Positions 22,474 to 35,290 are shown, counted from the first letter of the stretch. The stretch is 64,000 nucleotides of DNA from Octopus sinensis (GCF_006345805.1 NC_043001.1:14756001-14820000), one strand, 5' to 3'. The notes: generated by a model from the sequence alone, not told the origin. Made by a program: numbers and translations.

Positions 22474-22870
22474 ACAATATGCTTCAACACACGAACTCAT
22501 ATAAAGAATCTCGCTAACCAAATCCCAAAACGAAATACTTAGTAATTCTTCTATCAATATCTCAGGATGAAGTTTATGTTTTGTTGTTGAGTTCATAGAA
22601 GATTCTAATCATGTCTAGAATTTTCTCTCGTACTTCCTGAAACATGATAATATTTATATTCAAGTGTTTCTTCCTCATCGCGTAATTACAATGTTTTAAT
22701 ATGTTAACTATGTTTAAGACGAATGTAATTAAAGTTTTGAAATAGCTAACAGAAACTTCTTGCTTCTTCTTTGCTCCTTGTTCTAAATTCTTTTTTACCA
22801 GTTTAGGCTCAAAGCTGTGGCCATTGTTCACGTCTTGAACTTTTCAAGTCATTAATTTTTTTATATATAC

Positions 22871-22925
22871 ACTAGCACTATGACCCGGCGTTGCCGGGTC
22901 ATAGTGCTAGTGCATGCATATACAG
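22871..22925 (-). mobile_element. Helitron 3' terminus (19-bp stem hairpin, loop GTT)
   Basis: ACTAGCACTATGACCCGGC-GTT-GCCGGGTCATAGTGCTAGT then GCATGCATATACAG, as in the 4573 family. Confidence 0.75.
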
Positions 22926-23068
22926 TCTCCTCAAGCACAGCGAGATGTTCCGGGATCCAAGGTACTTTGAATGATATATATATATATTATATCTATATAT
23001 ATACATACTACTTTCACCCTCCGGAAAAAAAAAACCCCGAAATTTTATTTAATTTGCCACAATTTTTA

Positions 23069-23370
23069 ATCTTTCCATTTTACCAATGTGCTTTCGGATC
23101 ATCAACACAAATTAGACTAAACAAGGAAACATTCTTCATTGAAAAGTACAAGCCCAGACTCAACCATCCGAACATACTGATACAGAGAAATTCACACCAA
23201 GAGAAAGGAAAAAATTTTTAAGCGATTATCTCCCTTACACCGGAAGAAATCACTCACTACCTTCCCTTATTTAGAACTCTCCTGAACATAAACATAACGA
23301 TAACTCTATTCAACATAAACATAACGTCACAAGAAATTTGAAAAGCTACACGCGAAACCGGTCTTTCTTT
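23069..23370 (+). pseudogene. Penelope-like element 3' end: GIY-YIG endonuclease C-terminus plus decayed HHR (23331-23369)
   Basis: IFPFYQCAFGSSTQIRLNKETFFIEKYKPRLN resembles the RLxKExxFIxKxKPxLN end of PLE GIY-YIG domains; downstream AAGAAA T TTGAAAA GC-TACAC-GC GAAA CCGG TC/TTTCTT. Confidence 0.7.
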
Positions 23371-23493
23371 TAAATTATGTCATTATAGAGAAAACATTTT
23401 TAAAAAAATTTTCTAATATTCTTCAGACATATTGACGCAATATATATATTTTTTAACATTTAAGCCTTCTGTAGTTTTTTCACTCTTTACTTT

Positions 23494-23560
<67 letters not shown>

Positions 23561-23595
23561 CATTATACATATATATTTAAATATATATATATATA

Positions 23596-23765
23596 GTTGA
23601 AATTTACACAAAAACAAAGACGAAGACAGGTGTATAAACAACAAACAGTTGTATTAGTTTGACGCTCGGGAAACCGAGAAAGTCTTTTACATTTCGAGCC
23701 AACGCTCTTCAACAGAAAGGAACACATGGAAATAAACAGAGAGAGAAAAAAAGAAAAGACTTTTG
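23596..23765 (-). mobile_element. Family B fragment with HHR variant (23684-23719)
   Basis: CUUU CUGUUGA A GAGC-GUUG-GCUC GAAA UGUA/AAAG. Confidence 0.65.
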
Positions 23766-24674
23766 GAGTTTGCGTGTCAATCAATTTATCGGTTTCAAGG
23801 CCACCAAATTTTGGGGTGGGGCTAAGTGTGATTACATCGACTCCAGTGCTCAGCTGGCACTTGTTTGACCGACCCCGAGAGGATGAGAGGCAAAGCCTAC
23901 ATCGGTGGAATTTGAACTCAGAATATTGAAGACAGACGAAATGCTACCAAGCCTTTAGTCCACCGTGCTGACGATTTTACCAGCTTGGCGTCATATTGTC
24001 AATCAATGTATTACTGGCTATCGCATAATATTGGACAGAATGTTACTATTATAGTCGCGCTGAATATTGCCGGCGGTAGTAATATTCGTCGTGTGACCGA
24101 CAACACCATTTTGGTTTGTTATATATGCCACGACCAGTAAATTTATTGCTTGTGGTTAGAAATGAATATATCTGCTTTGTTACTTATATTGAGTGTGATT
24201 TAATTTCTGACTTATGGACAACTAACTGATAATACACACACACGCATACATACACACATATGCATGTACACATGCATACATACATTCATAAATGTATGGA
24301 TGCATCCATCCATCCATACATATACACACACACACACACACATATATATACACGCATAGATATACATATTTATATATATATGTATATATATATTCATATG
24401 TATTTATGTATATATATACATACACACACATATATATACATATACATATGTGCGTGTATACATATATATCTATATACATATATGCATATATATGTATATG
24501 TACATATATAGACATATACATATATATGCATATATGTTATATATATATACATATTATATGTATATATATACATGCGTATATAAATACATATATATATATA
24601 TATACAGGCGTATATAAATATATATAATATATATATTATACATTGCTGCGTATATAAATATATATATATATAAT

Positions 24675-24724
<50 letters not shown>

Positions 24725-24728
<4 letters not shown>

Positions 24729-25262
24729 AAGTGGGACAAGAACGCAAAACATCCGACAATTAGGTGATACAAAAAAGGGACAATAAAACATTCAGATAGA
24801 CGATGCAAAGAAAAGAAGGACGGGTTTTCTTTCTTCAGTCGAGTTCCAGATTATCTCTGCAATTTCGGTTGGTTATACTTGAGGTTGCTCCAATCTGACC
24901 AGCCCCAAGGAAAAACTAAGTTAAGAGCATTAGATTCCTTAGAACAAACAGCGAATGTATACGAAAAGAAGGACAGAAAAAAACGGAGAATGTTACACAA
25001 ATACAAATAACAGGACATAACAACAGTTGTCTTTCGACTAAGGACGAATTAAATTTAGCTGGTGCGTGTGGAAGTAGAGCCTTACGGCAGGGATTTAAGA
25101 TTTCACAGGCACATGGAGAAATAGAGATGTTGCACGGACGACGGCCGAACCAAAAAAAGAAAGGTCAGGCTTGGCCGAACAACGGTCACGTGGGGAGAGA
25201 AGAGAGTGGTAGAGGCAGAGGGACAGAAGAAATAAGGAGGGGCGAGAAAAAATGAGAGGACA
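24725..25262 (-). mobile_element. Family C element (longest copy) flanked by TA-rich tracts
   Basis: Begins ACAAAGTGGGACAAGAACGC like 61518; homologous to 1240-1685. Confidence 0.65.
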
Positions 25263-25315
25263 CATCTGCAAATATATATATACATATAGACTGTATATAT
25301 TTATATTATATTATA

Positions 25316-25353
<38 letters not shown>

Positions 25354-25444
25354 ATATAACATGTATATATTTATAATATACCATATACATGTATATATTA
25401 TATTATGTATATATATATACACATATACATATATATATATACAG

Positions 25445-25546
<102 letters not shown>

Positions 25547-26245
25547 ACAGATGAATATGGTACTTAAGTTGAGGCACCAGAATTTCGTACGTTTTATCCA
25601 TACAATTTCAAAGTAAGGTGATTAAAATCAAAATAAGCATATACATGTATATATACATACACACACACACACACCACACATATATATATATATATATAAT
25701 ATACGTGTATATATGTGTGTGCGTGTGTGATCTGTGCGTGTGTGTGTGCGTGTGTGTGTGTGTGTGTGTGAGAATCATGAATTTTTATATGCCAACGTCG
25801 TATGAATCTTTCGTTCGTCTCTTCCCATAGTCATTCTCCTTTTTCTTTTTGCCTTGCAAATTAATTCCATGCACACACACACACAATATACACACCTACA
25901 TACATACATACGTAACCATATTTTATACATTCATATTAATTCATTTCACGAGAAATATTTCAGATTCCAGTCGTATAAACTCCTTCTCCGCCCCTCCATC
26001 TCTTTCCCACTCCCCGTGTGTTTTTGTTGAATGTTATTTCATTATAAAACCCATACAAATTCACAGGACGACCACCCGAGCCACCCCGATCGGCCGCTAC
26101 GTAATATTCGCGTCTAAAATTAGCAACACCCGGTAATATTAAGTCTCAGGTCTTAATAATTGAATGGATGTCGGTACGTCATACAGGTACAAGTGGGTCA
26201 GTTTATCAGTCAGCCGGGTGTGTGTGTATATATGTTTGTGTGTAT

Positions 26246-26315
<70 letters not shown>

Positions 26316-26320
<5 letters not shown>

Positions 26321-26376
26321 ATAATAATATATAATAATGAATAATAATAATGATGATGATGATGATGATGAGGTGA

Positions 26377-26407
<31 letters not shown>

Positions 26408-26488
26408 CGAATGATGATGATGATGAATGATGATGTGATGATGATGATGATAATGATAATAATGATGATGATGATGATGATGATAATA

Positions 26489-26526
<38 letters not shown>

Positions 26527-26617
26527 AATAATAATGATGATGATGATGATGATGATAATAATAATGATGATGATGATGATGATAATAATAATGATGATGA
26601 TGATGATAATAATAATA

Positions 26618-26661
<44 letters not shown>

Positions 26662-26686
26662 AATAATAATAATGATGATAATAATA

Positions 26687-26721
<35 letters not shown>

Positions 26722-26731
26722 AATAATAATA

Positions 26732-26778
<47 letters not shown>

Positions 26779-26890
26779 AATAATAATGATGATGATGATG
26801 ATGATAATAATAATAATGATGATGATGATGATAATAATAATAATGATGATGATGATGATGATGATAATAATAATAATAATAATAATAATG
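26316..26890. repeat. Compound (GAT)n/(AAT)n microsatellite
   Basis: Direct inspection; source of the poly-M, poly-S and poly-L ORFs. Confidence 0.97.
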
Positions 26891-27029
26891 ATAAAAAAAT
26901 AATGAAATTATTGTATACAGTGCTCAGGTGTATATATATATATGTGTGTGTGTATGTGTATATGTATGTATGGATGGATGTATGCATGTATACGTGCATG
27001 TGTGTGTGTGTGTGTGTGTGTTTATCAGC

Positions 27030-27680
27030 CGTTACAGACTGTTACACACATATGCGTACACACATGCACGCGCGCACGCAGGCAAATATACACATGCAAA
27101 CACGCACACATACATAGACACGTGTTTACACCTATATGCATATGCACTCATACGCACACACATGCATAAACATGCATACACTCGTACACTCACACACACA
27201 CCACACACTTACATAGACACACATGCATATACAGATGCGCACACACTTGCATACACATACATACATACGCGTACACACATTCACATACACATTCGTACAC
27301 ACACACACTCACACACACACTTGCATTCATATACACACGCGTACACATACATACACACAGACCTACATTCACACACACACGCGCACACATACATACACTT
27401 GCATTCACATACACACACGTACACACATTCACACACACACACACACCTGCATTCACATACACACACACTCACACACACCTGCATTCACATACACACACGT
27501 ACACACATTCACACACACACACACCTGCATTCACATACACACGCGTACACACACGCACACACACACACCTGCATTCACATACACACGCGTACACACATTC
27601 ACACACTTGCGTTCACACACCCACGTACACACACACACACGCATACACACCAGAAACAGCAACACATACACACACGCTCA
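27030..27680. repeat. CA-rich degenerate minisatellite
   Basis: Recurrent CCTGCATTCACATACACAC units. Confidence 0.85.
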
Positions 27681-27924
27681 GAGCATGTACAACGGTATAA
27701 GCCTCGTCCCATTATATTCCTAAGTGCTTTGTTTTTTGTGTGTGTTGGGTTGGTTTTGTTATGTTAATTAGGTGAGTAGAGAAGAGCAGGGTCATCGCCC
27801 ATAGCCTTCAGTCTGGCCAAGGTCGGGGTGGTTGCAGGGTTAAGACCTGTGAGAAAGAGATGCCAGACGACTCAAGTGGGGGGAAGGAATGGGGGCAGTG
27901 TGGTTTATGCGGGGGGGGACCTTA

Positions 27925-28487
27925 TGGTGGTGGTTGTGGTGGTGGTGGTGATTGTGGTGGTGGTAGTGGTGGTGGTAGTAGTGGTTGTGGTGGGAGTAGT
28001 GGTGGTTGAGGTGGTTGTGGTAGTGATGGTTGAGGTGATGGTAGTTTGCGGTTGTGGTGGTGGTTGTGGTGGTGGTTGTGGTGGTGGTAGTGGTGGTTGT
28101 GGTGGTGGTAGTAGTGGCAGTTGTGGTGGTGGTAGTGGCGGTTGTGGTGGTGGTGGTGGTAGTGGTGGTAGTGGTGGTGGCGGTTGTGGTGGTGGTAGTG
28201 GTGGTTGTGGTGGTGGTAGTGGTTGTGGTAGTGGCGGTTGTGGTGGTGGTGGTTGTGGTGGTAGTAGTGGCAGTTGTGGTGGTGGTAGTGGTGATTGTGG
28301 TGGTGGTAGTGGTGGTTGTGGTGGTGGTAGTGGCAGTTGTGGTGGTGGTAGTGGCGGTTGTGGTGGTAATGGTGTCGTTGTTGTTGGTGGTGGTTGTAGT
28401 GATGATGGTGGTGGTGGTGATGGTGTCGTTGTTGTTGTTGGTGGTGGTTGTAGTGATGATGGTGGTGGTGATGGCGGTGGCGGTGTT
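27925..28487. repeat. (GGT/AGT/TGT)n trinucleotide low-complexity tract
   Basis: Direct inspection. Confidence 0.95.
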
Positions 28488-28614
28488 GCAGATACAATAT
28501 GAGTAATAGGATAAAGAAACAATTGAATCAAAAATGTTTGAATTGAAGTGATATAAAGACAAGACTGACATGAGAACCAGAAACTATAGTAGTAGTGGTG
28601 GTAGTAGTAGTGTG

Positions 28615-28938
28615 GGGCGCAATGGCCCAGTGGTTAGGGCAGTGGACTCGTGGTCGTGGGATTGCGATTTTGATTCCCAGACTGTGAGTGTTTATTGAGC
28701 GAAAACACCTAAAGCTTCACCACAACTTCCTCTCACTCTTTCTTCCTGTTTCTGTTGTACCTGTATTTCAAAAGGGCCAGCCTTGTCACACTCTATGTCA
28801 TGCTGAATCTCCCCGAGAACTACATTTAGGGTACCCATGTTTATGGAGTACTCAGCCACTTGAACGTTAATTTCACGAGCAGGCAGTTCCGTCGATCGGA
28901 TCAACTGGAATCCTCGTTGTGGTAACCGACGGAGTGCC
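28615..28938 (+). mobile_element. tRNA-derived SINE, third family (other pieces at 31945-32260 minus, 48170-48320 minus, 59880-60040 plus)
   Basis: Head GGCGCAATGGCCCAGTGGTTAGGGCAG; tail GATCGGATCAACTGGAATCCTCG shared with the other pieces. Confidence 0.8.
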
Positions 28939-28946
28939 ATGAGTAT

Positions 28947-28951
28947 TAGAA

Positions 28952-28986
<35 letters not shown>

Positions 28987-29141
28987 AGGAGGAGGGGGAG
29001 GAGGAGGGGAGGTGAAGGAGGAGGAGGAGGAGGTGAAGGAGAAGAAGAAGAAGAAGGAGGAGGAGGGGAGGGGAGGAGAAGGAGAAGAAGAAGAAGAAGA
29101 AGAAGAAGAAGAAGAAGAAGAAGAAGAAGAAGAAGAAGAAG
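28947..29141. repeat. (GAA)n/(GGA)n purine tract
   Basis: Direct inspection. Confidence 0.95.
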
Positions 29142-29330
29142 GGACACTTGACATCTGTGCGCCAAAGACTGGAGCATGTCTGTGAGGGCCTTTATTTCGG
29201 GCAGCTTGGGGACTTTTATTTGGATGCAGTCTTGGACATCTGTATGAATTAGCAGCACCAGTGAAGATTTGGGAGCAATATTCCATTATTAGTTTTATCT
29301 GAGACTCATAGGAGAATGAAGAGAACACCT
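29142..29330 (-). pseudogene. Degraded CR1/L2-group LINE fragment (region after the RT domain)
   Basis: SYESQIKLIMEYCSQIFTGAANS resembles the YKxQIRPxMEYCSxIWxGA motif. Confidence 0.55.
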
Positions 29331-29517
29331 TCTACTCTATCTCTCTCTCTCTCTCTGGGCTGGATTAACCATTAAGCAAAATAAGCAGTGCTTAGTGTAA
29401 CAAAGGAAGCGGAGGCAGCACAGAAGTAGTAAATGGTTCATGGCACCAAAGAAATCACTTCATGGCACTAAAGAAAAACTGGCTAAAATAATATTCGATA
29501 AGGAATTATATACATTA

Positions 29518-29821
29518 CTAGCAGTATCGCCCGGCGTTGCTTGGGTTTGTAAGGGAAATAACTATATAAGCATTTTTAGAGAGTTACTTCCTTTATATAA
29601 TAGCAAAAAAAAATGCATTAAAAATGGGAAAAAATGATGGTAAACTTTTTTTAAATCGTAGACTCATCGTAGACGCGCGCTAATACCCAGAAGGGCTCGA
29701 TATGAATCACGACTATAAGATACCCGCTTTTGGTTAAACTGCACCGCAAAATGTGGGAGTAGTTAGGAATCTAAATCGTAGGAGACAGACACGCACACAA
29801 CTTCACTTTTATATATAAAGA
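29518..29821 (-). mobile_element. Complete non-autonomous Helitron (second family)
   Basis: Minus A|TCTTTATATATAAAAG 5' end; 3' hairpin CCCAAGCAACGCCGGG then CTAG|T; homologous to 52141-53060. Confidence 0.85.
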
Positions 29822-29885
29822 TTTACATTTGACGGGTATTTGTCCTCATCTTGTTTGTTGTTAAGGTACTAGCCACTGACCACAT

Positions 29886-30138
29886 GACATATGGCGTAGT
29901 GGTTAAGAATGTGGGCTACTAATCCCAAGATTCTGAGTTTGATTCCAGGCAGTGACCTGAATATAATAATAATAATAATAATAATAACATCGAAAAATAC
30001 CTTAGGAATGAGAACCCAGGTTCGAAATTTCTCCAAGACACCTTATGAAGGCTGGTGGGTATATCAGCCGAAACATTGTGTTAACAACAAACAAGATGAG
30101 GACAAATATCTGTCAAATGTAAATAATGTAAATAATGA
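29886..30138 (+). mobile_element. tRNA-headed SINE-like element containing a type I hammerhead (30037-30082)
   Basis: A box TGGCGTAGTGG (29892), B box GAGTTTGATTCC (29935), (TAA)n linker, GACAC CUUAUGA A GGCUG-N10-CAGCC GAAA CAUU/GUGUU; inverted tail copy at 29821-29864. Confidence 0.75.
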
Positions 30139-31268
30139 AAATAATGTAATATTCGATGTGGTTTATAAGAACAGAAATATAATTTCGAAGTGTTTGTGGT
30201 GTCATATTGAGGATCTGATTAAATATTTTGCAATTAAAAACAAAAAAATAAGAGAAATCTTTTCAAATACAAATAAAGTGGAAGTATATAAAAAGAAACA
30301 TTATTTTCCATCTTCCTGTAAGTTTTGCTTCATTTTGAAAAACAAGTTTTTATTTTATGGTTTATTATTGTTTATATTGGGGTATAGATAGTCACGGTGA
30401 TGTGCAGTGTGACCATCTAATATTGACTCATATCAGAAGGCTGAAATAATACATATAATGTGCCAGTTGGAAAAAAGAGAGAGAGACAACAGCGTAGAAG
30501 GCTTGTGAAAGAGTTATTGATATATTTACGTGCATCTGTGTGGGTTGTATGTTTGCTGTTAGCCATGGTGAAGTAGTTCACAAACAGCGCTATGTTAGAA
30601 CCTGTGCAGTGTATGTAGAGATGTTGTTGACAAAGTTGGTGAGAGACATGATGGTGGCAATGAAGATGGAAGTCGCTGTGATGCTGTTGGACAGGTGTTT
30701 CTGGCGTTGTCGCTGGAACTGGCTGTGTCATGTGGTCAGTGGCTAGACCTTAAAAGGTCTGGAACCAAAGACATCGAAATGAGGAGATGATGAGTTTTAT
30801 AGCTAACAGTAGGCTCAAATTGGATTGTGAAAAAAAAAACTGTCTCATGTGATCATATTTAGGGACTTCGATTGGTTAGTCTGCATATTGATGTGATAAA
30901 GTAAGAGACAAATTGTGCCAATACCAACCAATCAGAGTGGTGGACTCAACGGAGTCCAAATAGTGCCCAAAGGTTAGCTGTTACCTGTTACGTTCGAATG
31001 TATGTATATACAACAAACGAGAGAGGAATTTCACTAGAGTATGTGCTACAGGAGCACCAAAATCTTTTAAGTGCTTGGGCCTCTTTGGGTCTTTGGGTCT
31101 TAATCCAACCCTACTCTCTCCATAATATTAATGAGACAGAGAAGAAGGTGTTCTGAAATCGGAGAACTGACTCGATTGCTTGCAACCTGTTAAAAGTACA
31201 CAAGAAGCAGGCAGTGGTGTTTAAAGTGGAACGAGATTTGAATAGCAGGTTAAGTTCTACCTTTTTGC

Positions 31269-31727
31269 AGTACCGGTGTAGTATGTGATCTACATGCCAT
31301 TGTAATCTACAGCAACTTAAATCTAGACTCTTTGTGCAGTGAAAAACAGGACAAGCTTCACCTTATTTATTTTTCTTCGTTTTTCCACCATTTCTCCACA
31401 TTTGCTGCATCGATCAATATCTCCATGTTCATCAAGGAATTCATAGTGTCAGAGAAATTCTATTGCAGCTTCTTCATCTCGAATAACCTGTGTGTAAAAT
31501 TCTTTTGCTCTCATCACAACTTCTTTCAATGGACTCAGGAGTAAAAGTCTTTAAACCATAGAAGCTTTTTTGGTTTTTATACCAAACCAAATGGAAGTCG
31601 AGTAAATAGATGTATTTTGAATGTAGATCAAAAAGTCAGTGTAGATCACAAACCATACCATTTGAACTAGTGTGGATTACAAGCTACACGAGAAACATGT
31701 ATGGAGATCACATACTACCCTGGCACC
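31269..31727 (-). mobile_element. Internally deleted Merlin (IS1016/IS1595-like) DNA transposon with transposase N-terminus
   Basis: TIRs (A/G)GT(A/G)CC(G/A)G(T/G)GTAGTATGTGATC; from 31514 MRAKEFYTQVIRDEEAAIEFL*HYEFLDEHGDIDRCSKCGEMVEKRRK, a Merlin-like N-terminal helix plus CxxC (recalled similarity, not searched). Confidence 0.65.
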
Positions 31728-31944
31728 GATTTGCGTTGCGGATGAGTGCAAAGTGTGATGGGTGCAGCAAGAAGTAACAGAAACCCTCCATCGGGAACCT
31801 GATCTGAATGCTTGAATATAGAACAGACTTAAGTTGACCCAAGCGGTGTGATGTTTCAATCACCCAGAAAAAAGTGGGACCATCTCTTCCTCATTTATAA
31901 TGGGGCTTACACTATCACACACACACACACACACACAACACACA

Positions 31945-32260
31945 CATACTCTGTCAGTTACGACAATGAGGTCTCCAGTTGATCTGATCAAAGGAACAGC
32001 TTGCTCATAAAATTAAAGTGCAAGTGGCCGAGGGCTCCACAGACACACGTACCCTTAGCGTAGGTCTCAAGGAGATTCAGCGTGACACAGAATGTGACAA
32101 GGCCAGCCTTTTGAAATACAGCTTCTTCTCATTTTTACCAGATGAGTGGACTGGAGCGATGTGGAAACAAGTGTCTTGCTCAAGGACGCAACGCGTCGCA
32201 AGGAATTGTACTCAAGACCTTATGATCATGAGCTGAATACCCTAACCACTAAGCCATGCA
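31945..32260 (-). mobile_element. tRNA SINE of the 28615 family
   Basis: Reverse-complement homology to 28760-28938 plus a CORE-like CTTGAGCAAGACAC segment. Confidence 0.75.
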
Positions 32261-32975
32261 CCTTCATAACACACACACATTGATACTTACACTTAAATAT
32301 GTGCATATATACACACACACAAACATGTACATATGCATATGTAGACATATACACGTACATACACGCACATACAGGTACACACACACATACACATAGGTAC
32401 ATACACACACATACACATCTATACAAGTACATACACACACATACACACAGATACACATACATACACATACATACCCACACATACACGTACACACAGGCAC
32501 ATACACAGATATATAAAACGAAACATTCATATGAAAACATACATACATACACATATATACACACACACACACACAAGTACACACTTATACACACACACAA
32601 ACATACAAAGACACACGCTCACATTTCTATACACTTCTATATATATAAACTTCTATATACACACACTTCTATATACACAAACACACTAACACAGCCGATA
32701 GCAAGATGCCATTACCACCGTAAAACCTAAAAACGCTATATATCTTACCATATTCTTTACTTTATACAAACCACCAGAAACTGGAGTCTATTTATTTGTT
32801 CTTTCTCCAGGGAATTTACCGTTTCTTTCTCACAGAGATCTTGTTCCATCTCTATCCTTTTTTTCATCTCATTTTTTTTCATGTACTTCCCTTGCTGGGT
32901 GTCCGTGTCTATATATATATATATGCATGTATGTGTGTATGTATAAACGTATGTTTGTAAATATGAATACAAACA

Positions 32976-33011
<36 letters not shown>

Positions 33012-33029
33012 TATACACACATACGTATG

Positions 33030-33060
<31 letters not shown>

Positions 33061-33068
33061 TATATATA

Positions 33069-33149
<81 letters not shown>

Positions 33150-33160
33150 TATATACACAC

Positions 33161-33212
<52 letters not shown>

Positions 33213-33698
33213 TGTATGTATATACAAAACAACCATCATGTATATTATGTATGCAAGTATGTATATATATATACACACACACACATATATGTACATGCAT
33301 GCACATACATACATACATACAAGTCAATAAATAGTAACAACTATCACCTGTTGTAAACCACAGTTTGCAATAATCAGAAAATGGATTTTTTCCCCCGAAA
33401 GGCACTCAATAGGAGAAAGAACAAAAAAAAAAAAGGAAGAAATTTGCCTTGAAGACAAAACAAAAATCAAAAAAACTCTTTCAATTTTATCCCCCTAAAA
33501 CGCTGCTCTTTTGATTTAATTTCCTCTAAAAAAGCATCCACCATAATATACAAAAACATAACAGATAGAAAAGAAGGCAATCTTAAATGCAGGAGAATAA
33601 CTGTGGAAATGGTTTAGTATAATATTGTTATAGACAAAAGGACCAGTCAGCAAAGGCTTGCTAGCCAGTTTTTTTCCGTCTGTGAGAGTATTTTATCC

Positions 33699-34308
33699 GA
33701 CCTATTTCTTTACTACCCACAAGGGGCTAAACACAGAGACGACAAACAAGGACAGACAAACGGATTAAGTCGATTTCATCGACTCCAGTTATGGTACTTA
33801 TTTAATCTACCCCGAAAGGATGAAAGGCAAAGTCGACCTCGGTGGAATTTGAACTCAGAACATAGCAGCAGACGAAATACCTATTTCTTTACTACCCATA
33901 AGGGGCTAAACACAGAGAAGACAAACAAGGACAGACAAAGGGATTAAGTCGATTTCATTGACTCCAGTGCATAACTGGTACCTTATTTATCGACTCTGAA
34001 AGGATGAAAGGCAAAGTTGACCTCGGCAGAATTTGAACTCAGAACATAGCGGCAGACGAAATACCTATTTCTTTACTACCCACAAGAGGCTAAACACAGA
34101 GAGGACAAACAAGGACGGACAAACAAGGACAGACAAACGGATTAAGTCAATTTCATCGACCCCAGTGCGTAACTGGTACTTAATTTATCGACTCTGAAAG
34201 GATGAAAGGCAAAGTCGACCTCGGCGGAATTTGAACTCAGAACGTAGCAGCAGACGAAATAATGCAAAGCATTTCGCCCGGCATGCTAATGTTTCTGCCA
34301 GCTTGTCA
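33699..34308 (-). mobile_element. Meta-like SINE trimer
   Basis: Units begin 33699, 33878 and 34062 with the same GACGAAA|TACCTATT junction as the 18979 array; head to ~34308. Confidence 0.9.
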
Positions 34309-34317
34309 CTCTCTAAG

Positions 34318-35290
34318 CTAGGGATGGGCAACTATTTGTCAACTGGGAGCCGCATCATATCATTTCCAAGTGGGAGAGGGCTGCACGATGAAACACATGC
34401 ATGAAATATTACTTGCCCATTTTTTATCAGTTCTTAATTTTAATTGTCTTGGTTTGAAAGTTTACAGTGAGCTGGTATCTCTTTCATTATTTCCTAATGA
34501 TAATAATGATTACTAGTGTAAATAAATTATAGTTTAAAATATTGAGGTAAAAAAAAAAATAAAGAAAAATTTGTTGATATTTTATTAAAGGACAAATTTC
34601 ATTATCTATATCAACAAATAATGTGAGTTCATGGCTGTTTCCTGCACCAGCTTCACGTAGAAGCCCCAGCTCATCCAAAGTACCTTGGATTGCAGGATGG
34701 CCTGCTGTGCTTACCTTGGATCGTAGGGCAACCTGCTGTGCTTGAAGAGACCTATTGAGTCAAGTACATCAACATCAAAAAATCAAATGGAAATTGTAGT
34801 TGTGATACCTGTGCCAGTGGCATGTAAAAAGCACCATCCAAACGTAGCCAATGCCAGCGTCGCCTTGACTGGCTTCCGTGCTGGTGGCACATAAAAAGCA
34901 CCGACTGATCGTGGTCATTGCCAGCCTCCCCTGGCACCTGTGCCGGTGGTACGTAAAAAGCAGCCACGACACTCATCGAGTGGTTGGCGTTAGGAAGGGC
35001 ATCCAGCTGTAGAAACACTACCAGATCAGACTGGAGCCTGGTGCAGCCTCCTGGCTTACCAGACCCTGGTCGAACTGTCCAACCCATGCTAGCATGGAAA
35101 ACAGATGTTAAACGATGATGATGATGATGATGATATCAATGAGATTTTTGCACATTCACATTCTTTACCATATTAGGTAGAATTTGAGATGCTGCTACTT
35201 TTAGGTTATGCTGCAAATTAGAAACCTAGAAATTCATCGAGGACCACACAACATGTCGAGGGCCATAGGTTGTCCATGCATGCTCTAAGC
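34318..35290. mobile_element. Probable decayed hAT MITE ends enclosing an RTE-related SINE
   Basis: TAGGGATGGGCAACT at left and GGGCCATAGGTTGTCCATGC at right resemble hAT TIRs; no TSD found. Confidence 0.35.
34680..35132 (+). mobile_element. RTE-related non-autonomous retroposon with (GAT)n tail
   Basis: GGTTGGCGTTAGGAAGGGCATCCAGCTGTAGAAAC...CCAACCCATGCTAGCATGGAAAACAGATGTTAAAC(GAT)n; other copies at 38981, 41836 and 49053. Confidence 0.85.

Noticed and set aside
26139-26999. Long poly-Met and poly-Ser/Leu ORFs
   Set aside because: Pure (GAT)/(AAT) microsatellite; open frames are expected by composition
27828-28571. Gly/Cys-rich, Pro-rich and Thr-rich ORFs resembling structural proteins
   Set aside because: Open in nearly all frames on both strands of a (GGT)n tract; no splice or start context
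29886-29960. tRNA gene here and at other SINE heads (2771, 28615, 36492)
   Set aside because: A and B boxes are present but there is no complete cloverleaf, and each continues into a repeated SINE body
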